Shown: positions 47,568-57,397 of the stretch, one piece after another
Position numbering within the stretch: the stretch's first letter is position 1
Layout: the number at the start of each line of letters is the position of its first letter
Source of the DNA: Candidatus Woesearchaeota archaeon
GTDB lineage: Archaea > Nanobdellota > Nanobdellia > Woesearchaeales > UBA10216
NCBI GenBank assembly: GCA_016180195.1
Contig: JACPBS010000007.1
Span: 9,104 to 73,103 of the forward strand
Length of the DNA stretch: 64,000 bases
Direction: 5' to 3'
Notes under the pieces: generated by a model
The model's input: the letters and a program-made list of their open reading frames with translations, nothing else
What the model was told of the DNA's origin: nothing
Database searches by the model: none
Position numbers and translations under genes: made by a program

Positions 47568-48725
47568 ATGAAGGCAAGTTTCCTGGTGGCAATAGCAACC
47601 CTGGTTGGGGCGACAATAGGCGCCGGGATCCTTGGAATACCCTATGTAGTTTCGCAATCAGGCTTCTGGACAGGCATCCTTGCAATAGTGATATTAGGAA
47701 CCGCGACCTTACTGGTTAACCTATACATGGGCGAAGTTGCTCTGAGGACAAACGGAAACCACCAGCTGTCCGGGTATGCAGGCATATATGCAGGAAAAAT
47801 CGGGAGAAGCCTTGCATCGGCATTCCTGATACTTGGGACATATGGGGCACTTATAGCGTACACTATTGGAGTCGGCCATTCCCTAACCGCCATAATAAGC
47901 GGCAATTACTTTATGTACGGGTTATTGTTCTTTCTCCTTGCCTCAGCAATAGTAATCAATGGAATAAAATCCATAGGCAAAGCCGAGCTCCTGATAACAA
48001 GCCTGCTAATCGCCGTAGTAATACTCATACCCCTTCTCTCTTCGGACGTGATGGAAACAAAAAATTTCAGCGGATTCGACCTTTACAGGATCATGATGCC
48101 ATACGGCGTTGTATTGTTCGCATTCATGGGTGCGTCATCCATACCCACAATAAAAGAGGAACTGAACAATAACCGGAAAGTCCTGAAAAAGGCAATCATC
48201 ATAGGCACCTTGATACCGCTTGCAGTATACCTTGCATTCACAGCAATTGTAATCGGCCTTGTCGGAGGAGAATTCTCACGACTTGCTGAAAACCAGCAGA
48301 TTGCAACGGTTGCATTAAGCCTGTTCATACGGCCTGAAATAGGGAACCTTGCAAATGTCTTCGCAATATTAACAATGTCAACATCCTTCCTTGCCGGAAG
48401 CTACGCCCTGTCATCAACCTTCCAGTTCGACTACAAGCTAAAAAGGCCCCTTGCTTTATTGATGACACTTTCAATACCCCTACTCCTATTCGTGGTAAAT
48501 GCGCTATTCCTGGATGGGACAAGCTTCATGAAGATTTTAGGACTTGTCGGCTCAGTAACAGGAGGGATAATGGGAATCCTGATCGTAATAATGCATTTCA
48601 GGGCAAAAAAAATGGGGAACAGGAAACCTGAATATAACATGGGATTCAATCCCATCATTGCAGCCATACTGGCAGCAATATTCCTCACGGGAATAATAAA
48701 TGAGCTCCTATTCAGCTTTTTTTAA
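47568..48725 (+). CDS. Aromatic amino acid permease (TyrP/Mtr/HAAAP family)
   Basis: GATIGAGILGIP, YGALIAY, STSFL; about 11 TMs. Confidence 0.88.
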   Translation: MKASFLVAIATLVGATIGAGILGIPYVVSQSGFWTGILAIVILGTATLLVNLYMGEVALRTNGNHQLSGYAGIYAGKIGRSLASAFLILGTYGALIAYTIGVGHSLTAIISGNYFMYGLLFFLLASAIVINGIKSIGKAELLITSLLIAVVILIPLLSSDVMETKNFSGFDLYRIMMPYGVVLFAFMGASSIPTIKEELNNNRKVLKKAIIIGTLIPLAVYLAFTAIVIGLVGGEFSRLAENQQIATVALSLFIRPEIGNLANVFAILTMSTSFLAGSYALSSTFQFDYKLKRPLALLMTLSIPLLLFVVNALFLDGTSFMKILGLVGSVTGGIMGILIVIMHFRAKKMGNRKPEYNMGFNPIIAAILAAIFLTGIINELLFSFF

Positions 48726-49844
48726 CCTCAGGAGCTCAATAACAGAAATTACAACGACAAGTATTATGATGCCGAGAAGCACATATACAAAATAAGACGA
48801 TAAAAATGCCGCCCCCCTGCCAAAAATAGCCTTGAAAGGCGCAGCAAAGCCTGACAGATCAGCATTTGACCCGGATAAAGCCCTGTATGACACAAACACT
48901 ATAGCAGCCAATACAAATACTGCAAGCAACAACAATAACAGCCTTCCAAAATCAAAACGTTTCTCAGCCTGAACACTCCTAAATCTGCTCTCCCAGGAAT
49001 ACTTTTTATCACTCCGGATTGTTTCATCCTTATTCCTGCGGGCGCGGAGGATTATAAAAACAAGCAATGCAAGGACAATAATTACAACAGGGAAATATAT
49101 AAGCGAGTCAAGAAGCAACCTGGAGAAATCCCTTTTCTTCTCGTAAAGCGGAAAATCAGTACGGCATGAAGAATTTATGTTCATCCTTAAAGGATAAGCA
49201 CCCGCAAAACCAGACCTCTCCGCCCGTGAGACAAAATCAAAGCTTCCCGATGAAGCTGAGCATTCAGGAGTCATTACCAGGTTAACTATCGCTCCCATGC
49301 CGGGCTCAAGCTCAACATCCTCAGGGATGAAGAGTGCATAATCCGAAAAGCTGCTGACTGAAAACTTATACCGCTCCGAATATGATCCGGCGTTAGAAAC
49401 ATTAAAAACGTATGCAAGGACATTGCACCTGCATCCAGTATCGTTCCTGTATACAAGCCTGATCCCGACGTTATTGCAGGGAGAAGACTCTATGACCTGC
49501 CTAAACTCCTTTACAAGATTCGTATCTGTCCTGATCCTGACAACAAGTTCAAATGTGCCCCTTTCACAAGGCACATTCACAAACTCCGAGATAACCGCTT
49601 TCTCGCCAGGCTTAAGCAAAAACGCATCAGGCGAAAAAGCAACATATCTTGAAGCCGGACCTGAAGCCTCTATAGTGAAAAAGTTCTCAAAATCGCCATT
49701 TGTAATGAAAAGAAACCTTTCCAGAGGCTCACTGCAACATAAGCCTATAGTGGAGTCTGAATAGGCAACGAAATCATTTGAAGCAGAAACTAACTGATAA
49801 AACGAAATAAAAAAAAGAAAAAGAAACAGCGATTTCCAGGCCAT
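48708..49844 (-). CDS. Membrane protein with two extracellular Ig-like domains and three C-terminal TMs
   Basis: Signal MAWKSLFLFL; L.PGE / LEPGM Ig-type motifs. Confidence 0.7.
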   Translation of the reverse strand: MAWKSLFLFLFFISFYQLVSASNDFVAYSDSTIGLCCSEPLERFLFITNGDFENFFTIEASGPASRYVAFSPDAFLLKPGEKAVISEFVNVPCERGTFELVVRIRTDTNLVKEFRQVIESSPCNNVGIRLVYRNDTGCRCNVLAYVFNVSNAGSYSERYKFSVSSFSDYALFIPEDVELEPGMGAIVNLVMTPECSASSGSFDFVSRAERSGFAGAYPLRMNINSSCRTDFPLYEKKRDFSRLLLDSLIYFPVVIIVLALLVFIILRARRNKDETIRSDKKYSWESRFRSVQAEKRFDFGRLLLLLLAVFVLAAIVFVSYRALSGSNADLSGFAAPFKAIFGRGAAFLSSYFVYVLLGIIILVVVISVIELLRLKKAE

Positions 49845-49858
49845 AAAACCTCCGGAAA

Positions 49859-51136
49859 TCAATAATACGTCTTTGTCTCTGTTTCAGGTTCCTCTTCCTT
49901 TCCCCTCATCCTGCTGAATATCACAAGCAATGCTATAACGATCACGATCACTGCAAGAACAATGAGGCCTATCTCGAGAAGCCTCCTCATGTTGCCTAGA
50001 CCGCCTTCCTTTGGCTGCACCCTTGCCTTCATCAGGATTTGCTGGAGGCTGTTGCCGGCCTGGTCCTTAACCGTGAGCGAAAAAGTCTTTTCTCCCTCCG
50101 ATGCCTCAGGCTTGGCAGAGACAAAAAGGCTCACTGTCTTTGATTCCCCGGCATTCACGACAACAACATTGCTCGGGCTCAATCTAACATTACCCCAGTC
50201 TGTGTAGCCATCAACAACAAGCGTGTAAGCCTTCTGGCTGGATCCCTGATTAGTAATCGTTACAGGGTATACTGCACCACCCTCCCCTGCTACAATGGAC
50301 TGAGCATCAGTGCTCACTGTAATAGTTGTCTTTTCTCCTGTTTTGTCAGTGCCCTGAACAGGGCAGGCATCACTTTTCAATACCTCTATGCGGCCTGTCT
50401 TTGCAGCAGCCTCAAAGCCCTCATTAAACTCGATTGTAGCCTTGATATCATAAATTCCCGGCTTGGCACATGTGGGGACTCTCAGGAAAAGCTCCTCTGA
50501 AGTTGTACTGTCCCCTGACTCAAGCTTATCCATGAAGTCTGTAGCAGATACACCGAGATCAGGAATGCTTACCTTGATCTTGACCCCCTGCTGGTCCCTT
50601 TCACCCATATTCTTTACCCTGACTGTCGCTATCAAAGCACGACCGGCAACAACAGATGTTTCCGGATTCAAAATGACATCCTTGATCACGACACTGTGCC
50701 TCGGGACATCCACCTTTATCCTGAAATTCTGTATCAACTCAGGCCCGTTCCTGTCCGTAACAAGGATCCTGAGCATATAATTATCCTCATCCGCAAGGTC
50801 AGGAAGCCTCAGCCTGATCCTTTTTACATAAGTAACTCCTGACTCGACATCGAAAACAGGGGTAACATCAGATATCGGCTGGTCTTTGTTAAATTCAAAA
50901 CCGCTTATAAACCCATGAACCTCAATGTCACTGCCGTTAGAAACTGCATTCAGCCTGACCTTGACATCCAGATCCTGCCCTCTTTCAAGATCCAACCTGT
51001 TCGGATCCTGTGTTGTCACAAGCTCGCCATCCACATGAACGCTTTCAATAGTTACAGGGACTGCGCTGACCAAAGAAGACACTGAAACAAACAGAACGAA
51101 TACCAGGACAAGACTGACGATGGATTTAAAAATCAT
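49859..51136 (-). CDS. CARDB/Ig-repeat putative S-layer-like protein with C-terminal anchor
   Basis: Signal peptide; VRVKNMGE and VTITNQG repeats; TM; acidic tail ending in YY; GGAGG SD. Confidence 0.75.
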   Translation of the reverse strand: MIFKSIVSLVLVFVLFVSVSSLVSAVPVTIESVHVDGELVTTQDPNRLDLERGQDLDVKVRLNAVSNGSDIEVHGFISGFEFNKDQPISDVTPVFDVESGVTYVKRIRLRLPDLADEDNYMLRILVTDRNGPELIQNFRIKVDVPRHSVVIKDVILNPETSVVAGRALIATVRVKNMGERDQQGVKIKVSIPDLGVSATDFMDKLESGDSTTSEELFLRVPTCAKPGIYDIKATIEFNEGFEAAAKTGRIEVLKSDACPVQGTDKTGEKTTITVSTDAQSIVAGEGGAVYPVTITNQGSSQKAYTLVVDGYTDWGNVRLSPSNVVVVNAGESKTVSLFVSAKPEASEGEKTFSLTVKDQAGNSLQQILMKARVQPKEGGLGNMRRLLEIGLIVLAVIVIVIALLVIFSRMRGKEEEPETETKTYY

Positions 51137-52214
51137 TTTTCCCCCTCCGATGTTTTTGTTTTTTTGTTTTTTATAGTCGCCTTATATTTAAAGGTTTCGA
51201 TATTTTAGTATAATGAAGTAGTTACATTAATTTCCTACTCCATCATGAATACTATCTGCAGCTTTCCCTTATCTCAAAGTCCCTGTGCTTGACCCTCCTC
51301 ACAAAGTCATCGCTGAAAGTAATCCTAAGATCATACCTGCCAGGCTTTGCATCCTCAGGAACATCAAGCAGGAACGATCTCTCCTCCTTCTCACCAACAT
51401 CCAGGTTGAACGGCCCGATCCTGTTCCTAATCTCCGGATCAAAGGCAACTGCGGTGACCGTGAAATCATCCAAAGGATGAAGGCCTATGTTCTCTATGCT
51501 AACAAAAACAGTTTCGCTCGAGCCCGGCTCAATGCATTCGGGAATGGCAACCTGCTCAACAAAAAGCTCCCTCCTGGGAATGTTAATCCTGGGCGGAAGC
51601 TTCACGTTCAAAGTCCATGCCTGGGTATCGGAAAGGCTCCCATCAGAAGCCACTAAAATGAAAAGACTGGGACCAAGCTGTCTCCTGCCAGGTTTCCATG
51701 TAACAAGCCCTGTTGACTGATCAATAGTTGCACCTTCCGGCGCTGAAGACAGCGAAAAAGTCACATTATCCCCGTCAGGGTCTATAGCATCTGCATCATA
51801 AGTGTAAACAGCACTGAAGCTGTCAAGATCGGGCTCAATTAGCTCCTGAATTGGCGTTGTAATTATTTTTGGAGCCCTGTTAACGTTGACCACGTTAATG
51901 ACGATAGTCTCCGAATCTGAAAGCACACCATCACTAACTGAAAAAACAACCCTGTACGTGCCAGCCTGACCGAAGCCAGGGGTCCAGGAGAATGTTCTTG
52001 AAGCCTGATTAAACGAGGACCCGGCTGGAAGGCTTGCAGCAGAAAATGACAAAGGATCATTATCCGGATCAGAGGCGCTAATTCTAAACTCCAAAAGGCT
52101 GCCCTCATTAACAGTCTTATCGCCAATAGGGTCAAGTACAGGAGCCCTGTTCACAACGCACCTCAACCTCTTCGGCACCCCGCTCAACAATGCATTATTC
52201 GTATGAACAGCACT

Positions 52215-52836
52215 ACACGACACACCCATACCCGAAGGAGCATCACTACCACCCGGAACAGCAACACCCACATCAGACTTCACACCCGAAACCGAACACG
52301 AAAAAGCACCACCTGAACAGACCAATCATAAACATGACCAGGAACAACAACCGCACGATAAACATTCGACGAAACAGCACCAGGAACAAAATCACCACTA
52401 CCACCAAAACCAACACAAGGCACATCACGAGCATCACAACCCTCAGGAGCCCAAACATCCCTAACATCATTCACACGCAAATTATAACTCGAAACACCAC
52501 CCGAAACAGGAGCACCCCACGAAAAAACAGCAAACACAACAGACGAATTATGAGCAAAACACGACACACCCATACCCGAAGGAGCATCACTACCACCCGG
52601 AACAGCAACACCCACATCAGACTTCACACCCGAAACCGAACACGAAAAAGCACCACCCCTAAAAGACGTAGACGAAACAGCACCAGGAACAAAATCACCA
52701 CTACCACCAAAACCAACACAAGGCGCATCCCTAGCATCACAACCCTCAGGAGCCCAAACATCCCTAACATCATTCACACGCAAACTATAACTCGAAACAC
52801 CACCCGAAACAGGAGCACCCCACGAAAAAACAGCAA
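52215..52836. repeat. Interleaved direct repeats: 52215-52313 = 52559-52657 (identical); 52368-52533 ~ 52671-52836 (4 mismatches)
   Basis: Aligned by eye; offsets 344 and 303 nt. Confidence 0.85.
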
Positions 52837-52849
52837 TCACAGAACCATC

Positions 52850-53490
52850 AATACCATACACAAAAATATCATGATCCTTCCCATCCTTCAAAACATCAGG
52901 AGTAACAAAACTAAAACCATGCGAACAATCAGCATCACCATTACCAAAACGATTACACAAATCCTGCCTAAAAACATCAGCCCTCGCAGAACCAATAAAT
53001 CTACCAGTCCCAGCAGGCCCATCAGCATAAAAATGAACATCAACAGGAGCAACAGTATCAGGATCACGAGCCCAACCAACAAAAACACCACAATCAACAG
53101 AATCCAAAAAACCCTCAGGCTTCCTGTTAGCGGTGGTCTGGGGAGCTTCGCAGGTCACAGGCTTAGGAACTCCACTGAGCAGAGGGTTCTCTCCACCTGA
53201 ACTGTCTATTCCATGAGCATAGATCGAATGCTGCTTTCCATCCCTAAGGCTGGCGGGCAAGCTGAAAACAAAGCCATGCGAACAATCAGCATTTCCATTA
53301 CCCCACAGATTGCACAAATCCTGCCTAAAAACATTGGCATTCGCAGAACCGATAAATGTGCCTGTCCCAGCAGGCCCATCAGCATAAAAATGAACATCAA
53401 CAGGAGCAACAGTATCAGGATCACGAACCCAACCAACAAATGAGTTGCAGTCAGCCGAGTCAAGCCAGCCTTCAGGCTTGCTGTTAACCT
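52850..53490. repeat. Duplicated domain of about 119 codons with an identical 63-bp core (53007-53069 = 53364-53426)
   Basis: PEG.LDS.DC..FVGW.RDPDTVAPVDVHFYADGPAGTG occurs twice; offset 357 nt. Confidence 0.85.
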
Positions 53491-54453
53491 GCTGTGGCGG
53501 AGCTGCCGGGCAGTCGTAAGCAAAATTAATCTGATTATGGGAAAATTTTGTCAATGGCCAAACAGCCATCTTAATAACATCCCTGTTTACCTGCAGGTGC
53601 TCATACGAGTTCTTCGGGGTTTTTGAGCCTGAAGCATCTGCACGGAAAGAATACTCATGATCGCCGCCGATAGCTGAATTGAAACTGTCTGAAATACCCC
53701 ACTGGCCGTTCCCATTAGTAGTTGCTGTCTTTACAACATTGCCCCTGTCATTAACAAGCTTTATGGTCGCGCCAGAAACAGCCGATCCATCGTTCTCGCA
53801 GAAAGCACGGCCGGATACAGCAACCTGATCCTTTTGCTGCTGGCAAAGGTAATTGCAGGCAGGATCATTCTGGCTCGGAATAATAACCGAATAAGAGCAA
53901 TCCAAGTTCTGCCTTATACGCCTGCTTGCAGAGCAGGCTGTGCACTCATTAAACTCGCGGACTTCGCACTGCTCAGGGCACCAGTCATCGCCGCTGCACG
54001 CTGAATCAGTCTGGCTATCAATAACAACGCTAAAGCTGCAATCCGAATTCTGCCTGACCCTCCTGCTGGTCAAGCATCCAGTGCACTCATTATATTCCTG
54101 CACTTCACACCCTGCCGGGCACCAATCAGGGCCAGAACACGCAGGGTCATGCTGGCTTCTAACAATAACATCAAAAGAGCAATCAGAATTCCTCCTCACA
54201 CGACGGCTTGCCTCACAGCCAGTACACTCGTTATACTCGGCAACCTCGCATGACGGAGGAGGACTAGGACAATCAGACGGACAATCAGACTCATCACCAG
54301 GATCACACTCACCATCCCCACACGAAGGAGGAGGAGGACTGCCACCACAATCAGCATCACAACTCTCACCAGGATCACACTCACCATCCCCACAGCTGAT
54401 AGAAAAGCCAACACCACAAAAATCAATGTTTTCATTTCAAACCCTGTCGTCAA

Positions 54454-56103
54454 CTAGTAAACATTCACCTTAACAATCCTATCCGGATTCCTTCTCTGGT
54501 AATCAAGCATAAATTGTCTAACTTGAGTCAGTCTATTCCTGCCAAAGTTTTCAATAACCCTTCTATTAACCCCCACACAGCTTCCATTTGGGGAATCGTA
54601 AATTCTAAGTTTGTTCTCGATAGCATCAATAAAAAGTGCAGAACCTTCAATTGTGTTGCATTTTTGCGGATTAGCATGATACCCGACCAGTTCCCGGTTA
54701 GATTGATATCCATCCAAAGTTGCAGGATCGATCTCGGGGAATAAAGTCCTGAAATTAGCTGGATCCGCAAAATACATATCCCTTGCTAAATCATATGAAA
54801 CGCCAAATCTTCCTACCATGTTTTGATTCAAGGAAGTAAGCCTAGCATCCAAATCTCCAACTGGTGCAGGTGTTGGAGGAAAATAAATTGCAGTCGGAGT
54901 TGGAACTGAAGTTGGAGGAACATAAACTGTAGGCGGAACCCGGGTTACAGTTGGTGGCACAGCAGTTGCAGGAGGGCGAGCAGTTGCAGGATGACGAGGA
55001 GTATAAGTGGCAGATGGTGAAGGAGCTGGAGCACGGGTTGGAATTAGTGTTGCCAAAGGCAAAGTGGTAGGACGAGCGGTTGGGACAGGCGGCAAAACCG
55101 CACCAGAAGTCGCTTCAGGTGTTGCTAAAATAGTCTGAGTCGGAACTAAAGGGGAAGGATATGCAGTTGAAGTTGCGGTTGCGATTGGTGTTGCCGTAGG
55201 ACCTGCCATGAAAAAGTTGCTTGCTAAATTGGCACCGATACAAAGCGAACCAACTACAGCAGCCACGGAAACGGCTGCTGCTCCTAGAAGCAACAGCGGA
55301 AGATTATCATTCCTTCGCACAAGCAGGGGTTTTCCTTCAATGTAATTAACAAGCAAGGGGTAATATTGGACGAATTGAGTTCTCAAAGCCTCGGCAGCAG
55401 GGTCTGTGAATCTCAATAAAGAAAGCTCAGACATCCTATTAATGGATATATTAGTAGTATGAGGAGTCTTTACCTTATCAATAATGATTAAACGGTCTTC
55501 CTTAACTTCTGAAATTTTGTAAGCCCTAGTAAACCAAGGAACAACGTTTCCCAAGACCCTCTTTTTATCAAAAATAACTTCAGCCGATTCCTTTATTGCA
55601 CCGAGACTGTTCATCTGCATCAAGACCCTCTTGAAATACAATTCATCAAGAGTGTTCTCAATAAAACTTAAAGGAACATCAGGATTTGCACCAGCATGAT
55701 TCAGATTGATTAGCCCTACTAGTCCATTTTTGCCTAACCAAAGTTGATAAAGATTTGAAAGATCATCAGGATTCGGAAATGGACTTGTCCTAAACAGAGA
55801 TTGATCAAATAATACACCAACAAGATTTTCTGCTTCTTTATCGCCACTTGGGATTAAAAGATTTTCCAAGGAAGGACCAACGACCTTTGGTTTCCCACTC
55901 CCTAAGAATGTTGCTTTCCCATCCTCTTCAAAGGCAATACCTGGTTTATAAAAATCATCTGAATAGTAGATTCTCAATATTTTTCCTTCAAATGTTAACA
56001 ATAACCTCTGTGTTTTCAAGTAATGCGAAGCTGGCAGATGATGAAGGGCGTCCGCAAGGCTTGCGTTTCCGATTCTTGTAAAAAGGTCTCTCTTGGCGGG
56101 CAT
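54454..56103 (-). CDS. Hypothetical single-pass membrane protein with a long Pro/Thr-rich stalk
   Basis: About 270-aa N-domain, TM, PTATP/VPPT-rich linker, about 130-aa C-domain. Confidence 0.75.
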   Translation of the reverse strand: MPAKRDLFTRIGNASLADALHHLPASHYLKTQRLLLTFEGKILRIYYSDDFYKPGIAFEEDGKATFLGSGKPKVVGPSLENLLIPSGDKEAENLVGVLFDQSLFRTSPFPNPDDLSNLYQLWLGKNGLVGLINLNHAGANPDVPLSFIENTLDELYFKRVLMQMNSLGAIKESAEVIFDKKRVLGNVVPWFTRAYKISEVKEDRLIIIDKVKTPHTTNISINRMSELSLLRFTDPAAEALRTQFVQYYPLLVNYIEGKPLLVRRNDNLPLLLLGAAAVSVAAVVGSLCIGANLASNFFMAGPTATPIATATSTAYPSPLVPTQTILATPEATSGAVLPPVPTARPTTLPLATLIPTRAPAPSPSATYTPRHPATARPPATAVPPTVTRVPPTVYVPPTSVPTPTAIYFPPTPAPVGDLDARLTSLNQNMVGRFGVSYDLARDMYFADPANFRTLFPEIDPATLDGYQSNRELVGYHANPQKCNTIEGSALFIDAIENKLRIYDSPNGSCVGVNRRVIENFGRNRLTQVRQFMLDYQRRNPDRIVKVNVY

Positions 56104-56263
56104 AAAAAATTGCTTGATAACCTTTTATTTAAATTTTGTGGTTGTTGACTATTAATAAATAGTTACATGAAGTCAGCACTTATAAGTATATATAAGTTAT
56201 ATAAAACACTGGACAAGAACACTAAACAAGAAATTTTTAAAAAACATGAAACCACTGCATTGA

Positions 56264-57355
56264 ATGATTACAATAATAGGGGCAGGCGCTGCGGGGAATT
56301 ATGCGGCATACCTCCTCGCAAAGCAGGGATTTGATGTCCAGGTATTCGAAGCGAACAGCAGCATAGGAAAACCTGTTGCATGCACAGGGATACTTACTTC
56401 ACATTTTGACACCCTCATCGAAATGAAAAAAGAGCTAATTGCAAATGAGATAAGCTCATCAAGAATAGTCTCCCCCGACGGCAGCGCCGTAAAAATAAAC
56501 TTCAGAAAGCCAAACAAGATCCTTCACAGGCACATGCTCGACCAGCACGTCGCGAGGATGGCGATCGAAGAGGGAGCGAAATATTACACGAGTCACGTGT
56601 ACCTGGAAAACAGAAATGGGAAAGCAAGGATAAGGAACCTGAAGACCGAAGAGGAATTCGAAACAGAATACAGCATGCTTATAGGCGCTGATGGCCCCGC
56701 AAGCAAGGTGGCAAAAAACAACGGCATGTACGGGAACAGGACATTGTACCTGGGACTCCAGGCAACAGCAAAGCACGACAACGACAATGTTATTGACTTC
56801 TACCCCGGCGAGCAAGGGATAGCCTGGGTAGTGCCTGAATCAGGAAGCACAGTAAGGATAGGGGTTGCATCAACAACAGGAATAAGCGACTACTTCAACA
56901 CGTTCTGCAAGAAGATAATGGGGGAAGAATATTCAGAGAAGATAATTGAAAAGCAGGCAGGACCAATACCCCTTTACAAACCTGACATAAAGACCTCAAA
57001 AGAGGACGTATACCTGGTTGGTGATTCTGCAACAATGGTAAAGGCAACAACCTTGGGCGGAGTGATGCAAAGCCATTTGGCAGCAAAAGCTCTGGCAAGG
57101 TCGATAATCGAAAGGAAAGACTACGAAAATGAATGGAGGAAGGTTATTGGGAGAGATCTGTGGCTCCACCTTATGATGAGAAAGGCAATGGATAAGTTCA
57201 AGGAAAAAGACTATAACTATCTTGTAAACATATTCAAAAAGGACAGTAACAGGAAGATACTTGAGGAGAACGACCGGGATTTCCCGACTAAATTCATGTT
57301 AAAGCTGGCATTATCAGAACCTGGCCTGGCATTATTCTCAAGGTTCCTTATTTGA
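56264..57355 (+). CDS. Geranylgeranyl reductase family flavoprotein
   Basis: IIGAGAAG, KPVACTG, IGADG, AWVVP, VGDSA...GG. Confidence 0.88.
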   Translation: MITIIGAGAAGNYAAYLLAKQGFDVQVFEANSSIGKPVACTGILTSHFDTLIEMKKELIANEISSSRIVSPDGSAVKINFRKPNKILHRHMLDQHVARMAIEEGAKYYTSHVYLENRNGKARIRNLKTEEEFETEYSMLIGADGPASKVAKNNGMYGNRTLYLGLQATAKHDNDNVIDFYPGEQGIAWVVPESGSTVRIGVASTTGISDYFNTFCKKIMGEEYSEKIIEKQAGPIPLYKPDIKTSKEDVYLVGDSATMVKATTLGGVMQSHLAAKALARSIIERKDYENEWRKVIGRDLWLHLMMRKAMDKFKEKDYNYLVNIFKKDSNRKILEENDRDFPTKFMLKLALSEPGLALFSRFLI

Positions 57356-57364
57356 ACCAGAATA

Positions 57365-57372
57365 TTTATAAA
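57365..57372 (+). promoter_or_regulatory. TATA box for aglB
   Basis: TTTATAAA ending 25 nt before ATG 57398. Confidence 0.5.
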
Positions 57373-57397
57373 ATACCTTCTTTTGCGAAAAACCAAA

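Larger units (their letters stand above)
51252..54435 (-). pseudogene. Large adhesin-like gene broken by two frameshifts (near 54400 and near 52315)
   Basis: Signal peptide from ATG 54435 in one frame; CGDGEC, Cys and beta-sandwich repeats in a second frame (to 52280); He_PIG/cadherin-like and CARDB domains in a third frame (52325-51252). Confidence 0.7.

Noticed and set aside
52215-52836. CRISPR array
   Set aside because: Repeats are 99-166 bp, coding, lack unique spacers, and no cas genes are present.
52190-53200. 336-aa plus-strand Thr/Arg/Asn ORF
   Set aside because: Shadow ORF of the T-poor + strand, antisense to the adhesin gene.
52215-53490. Repeat pairs as a DGR template/variable repeat
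   Set aside because: Mismatches are not confined to adenines, and no reverse transcriptase is in the window.
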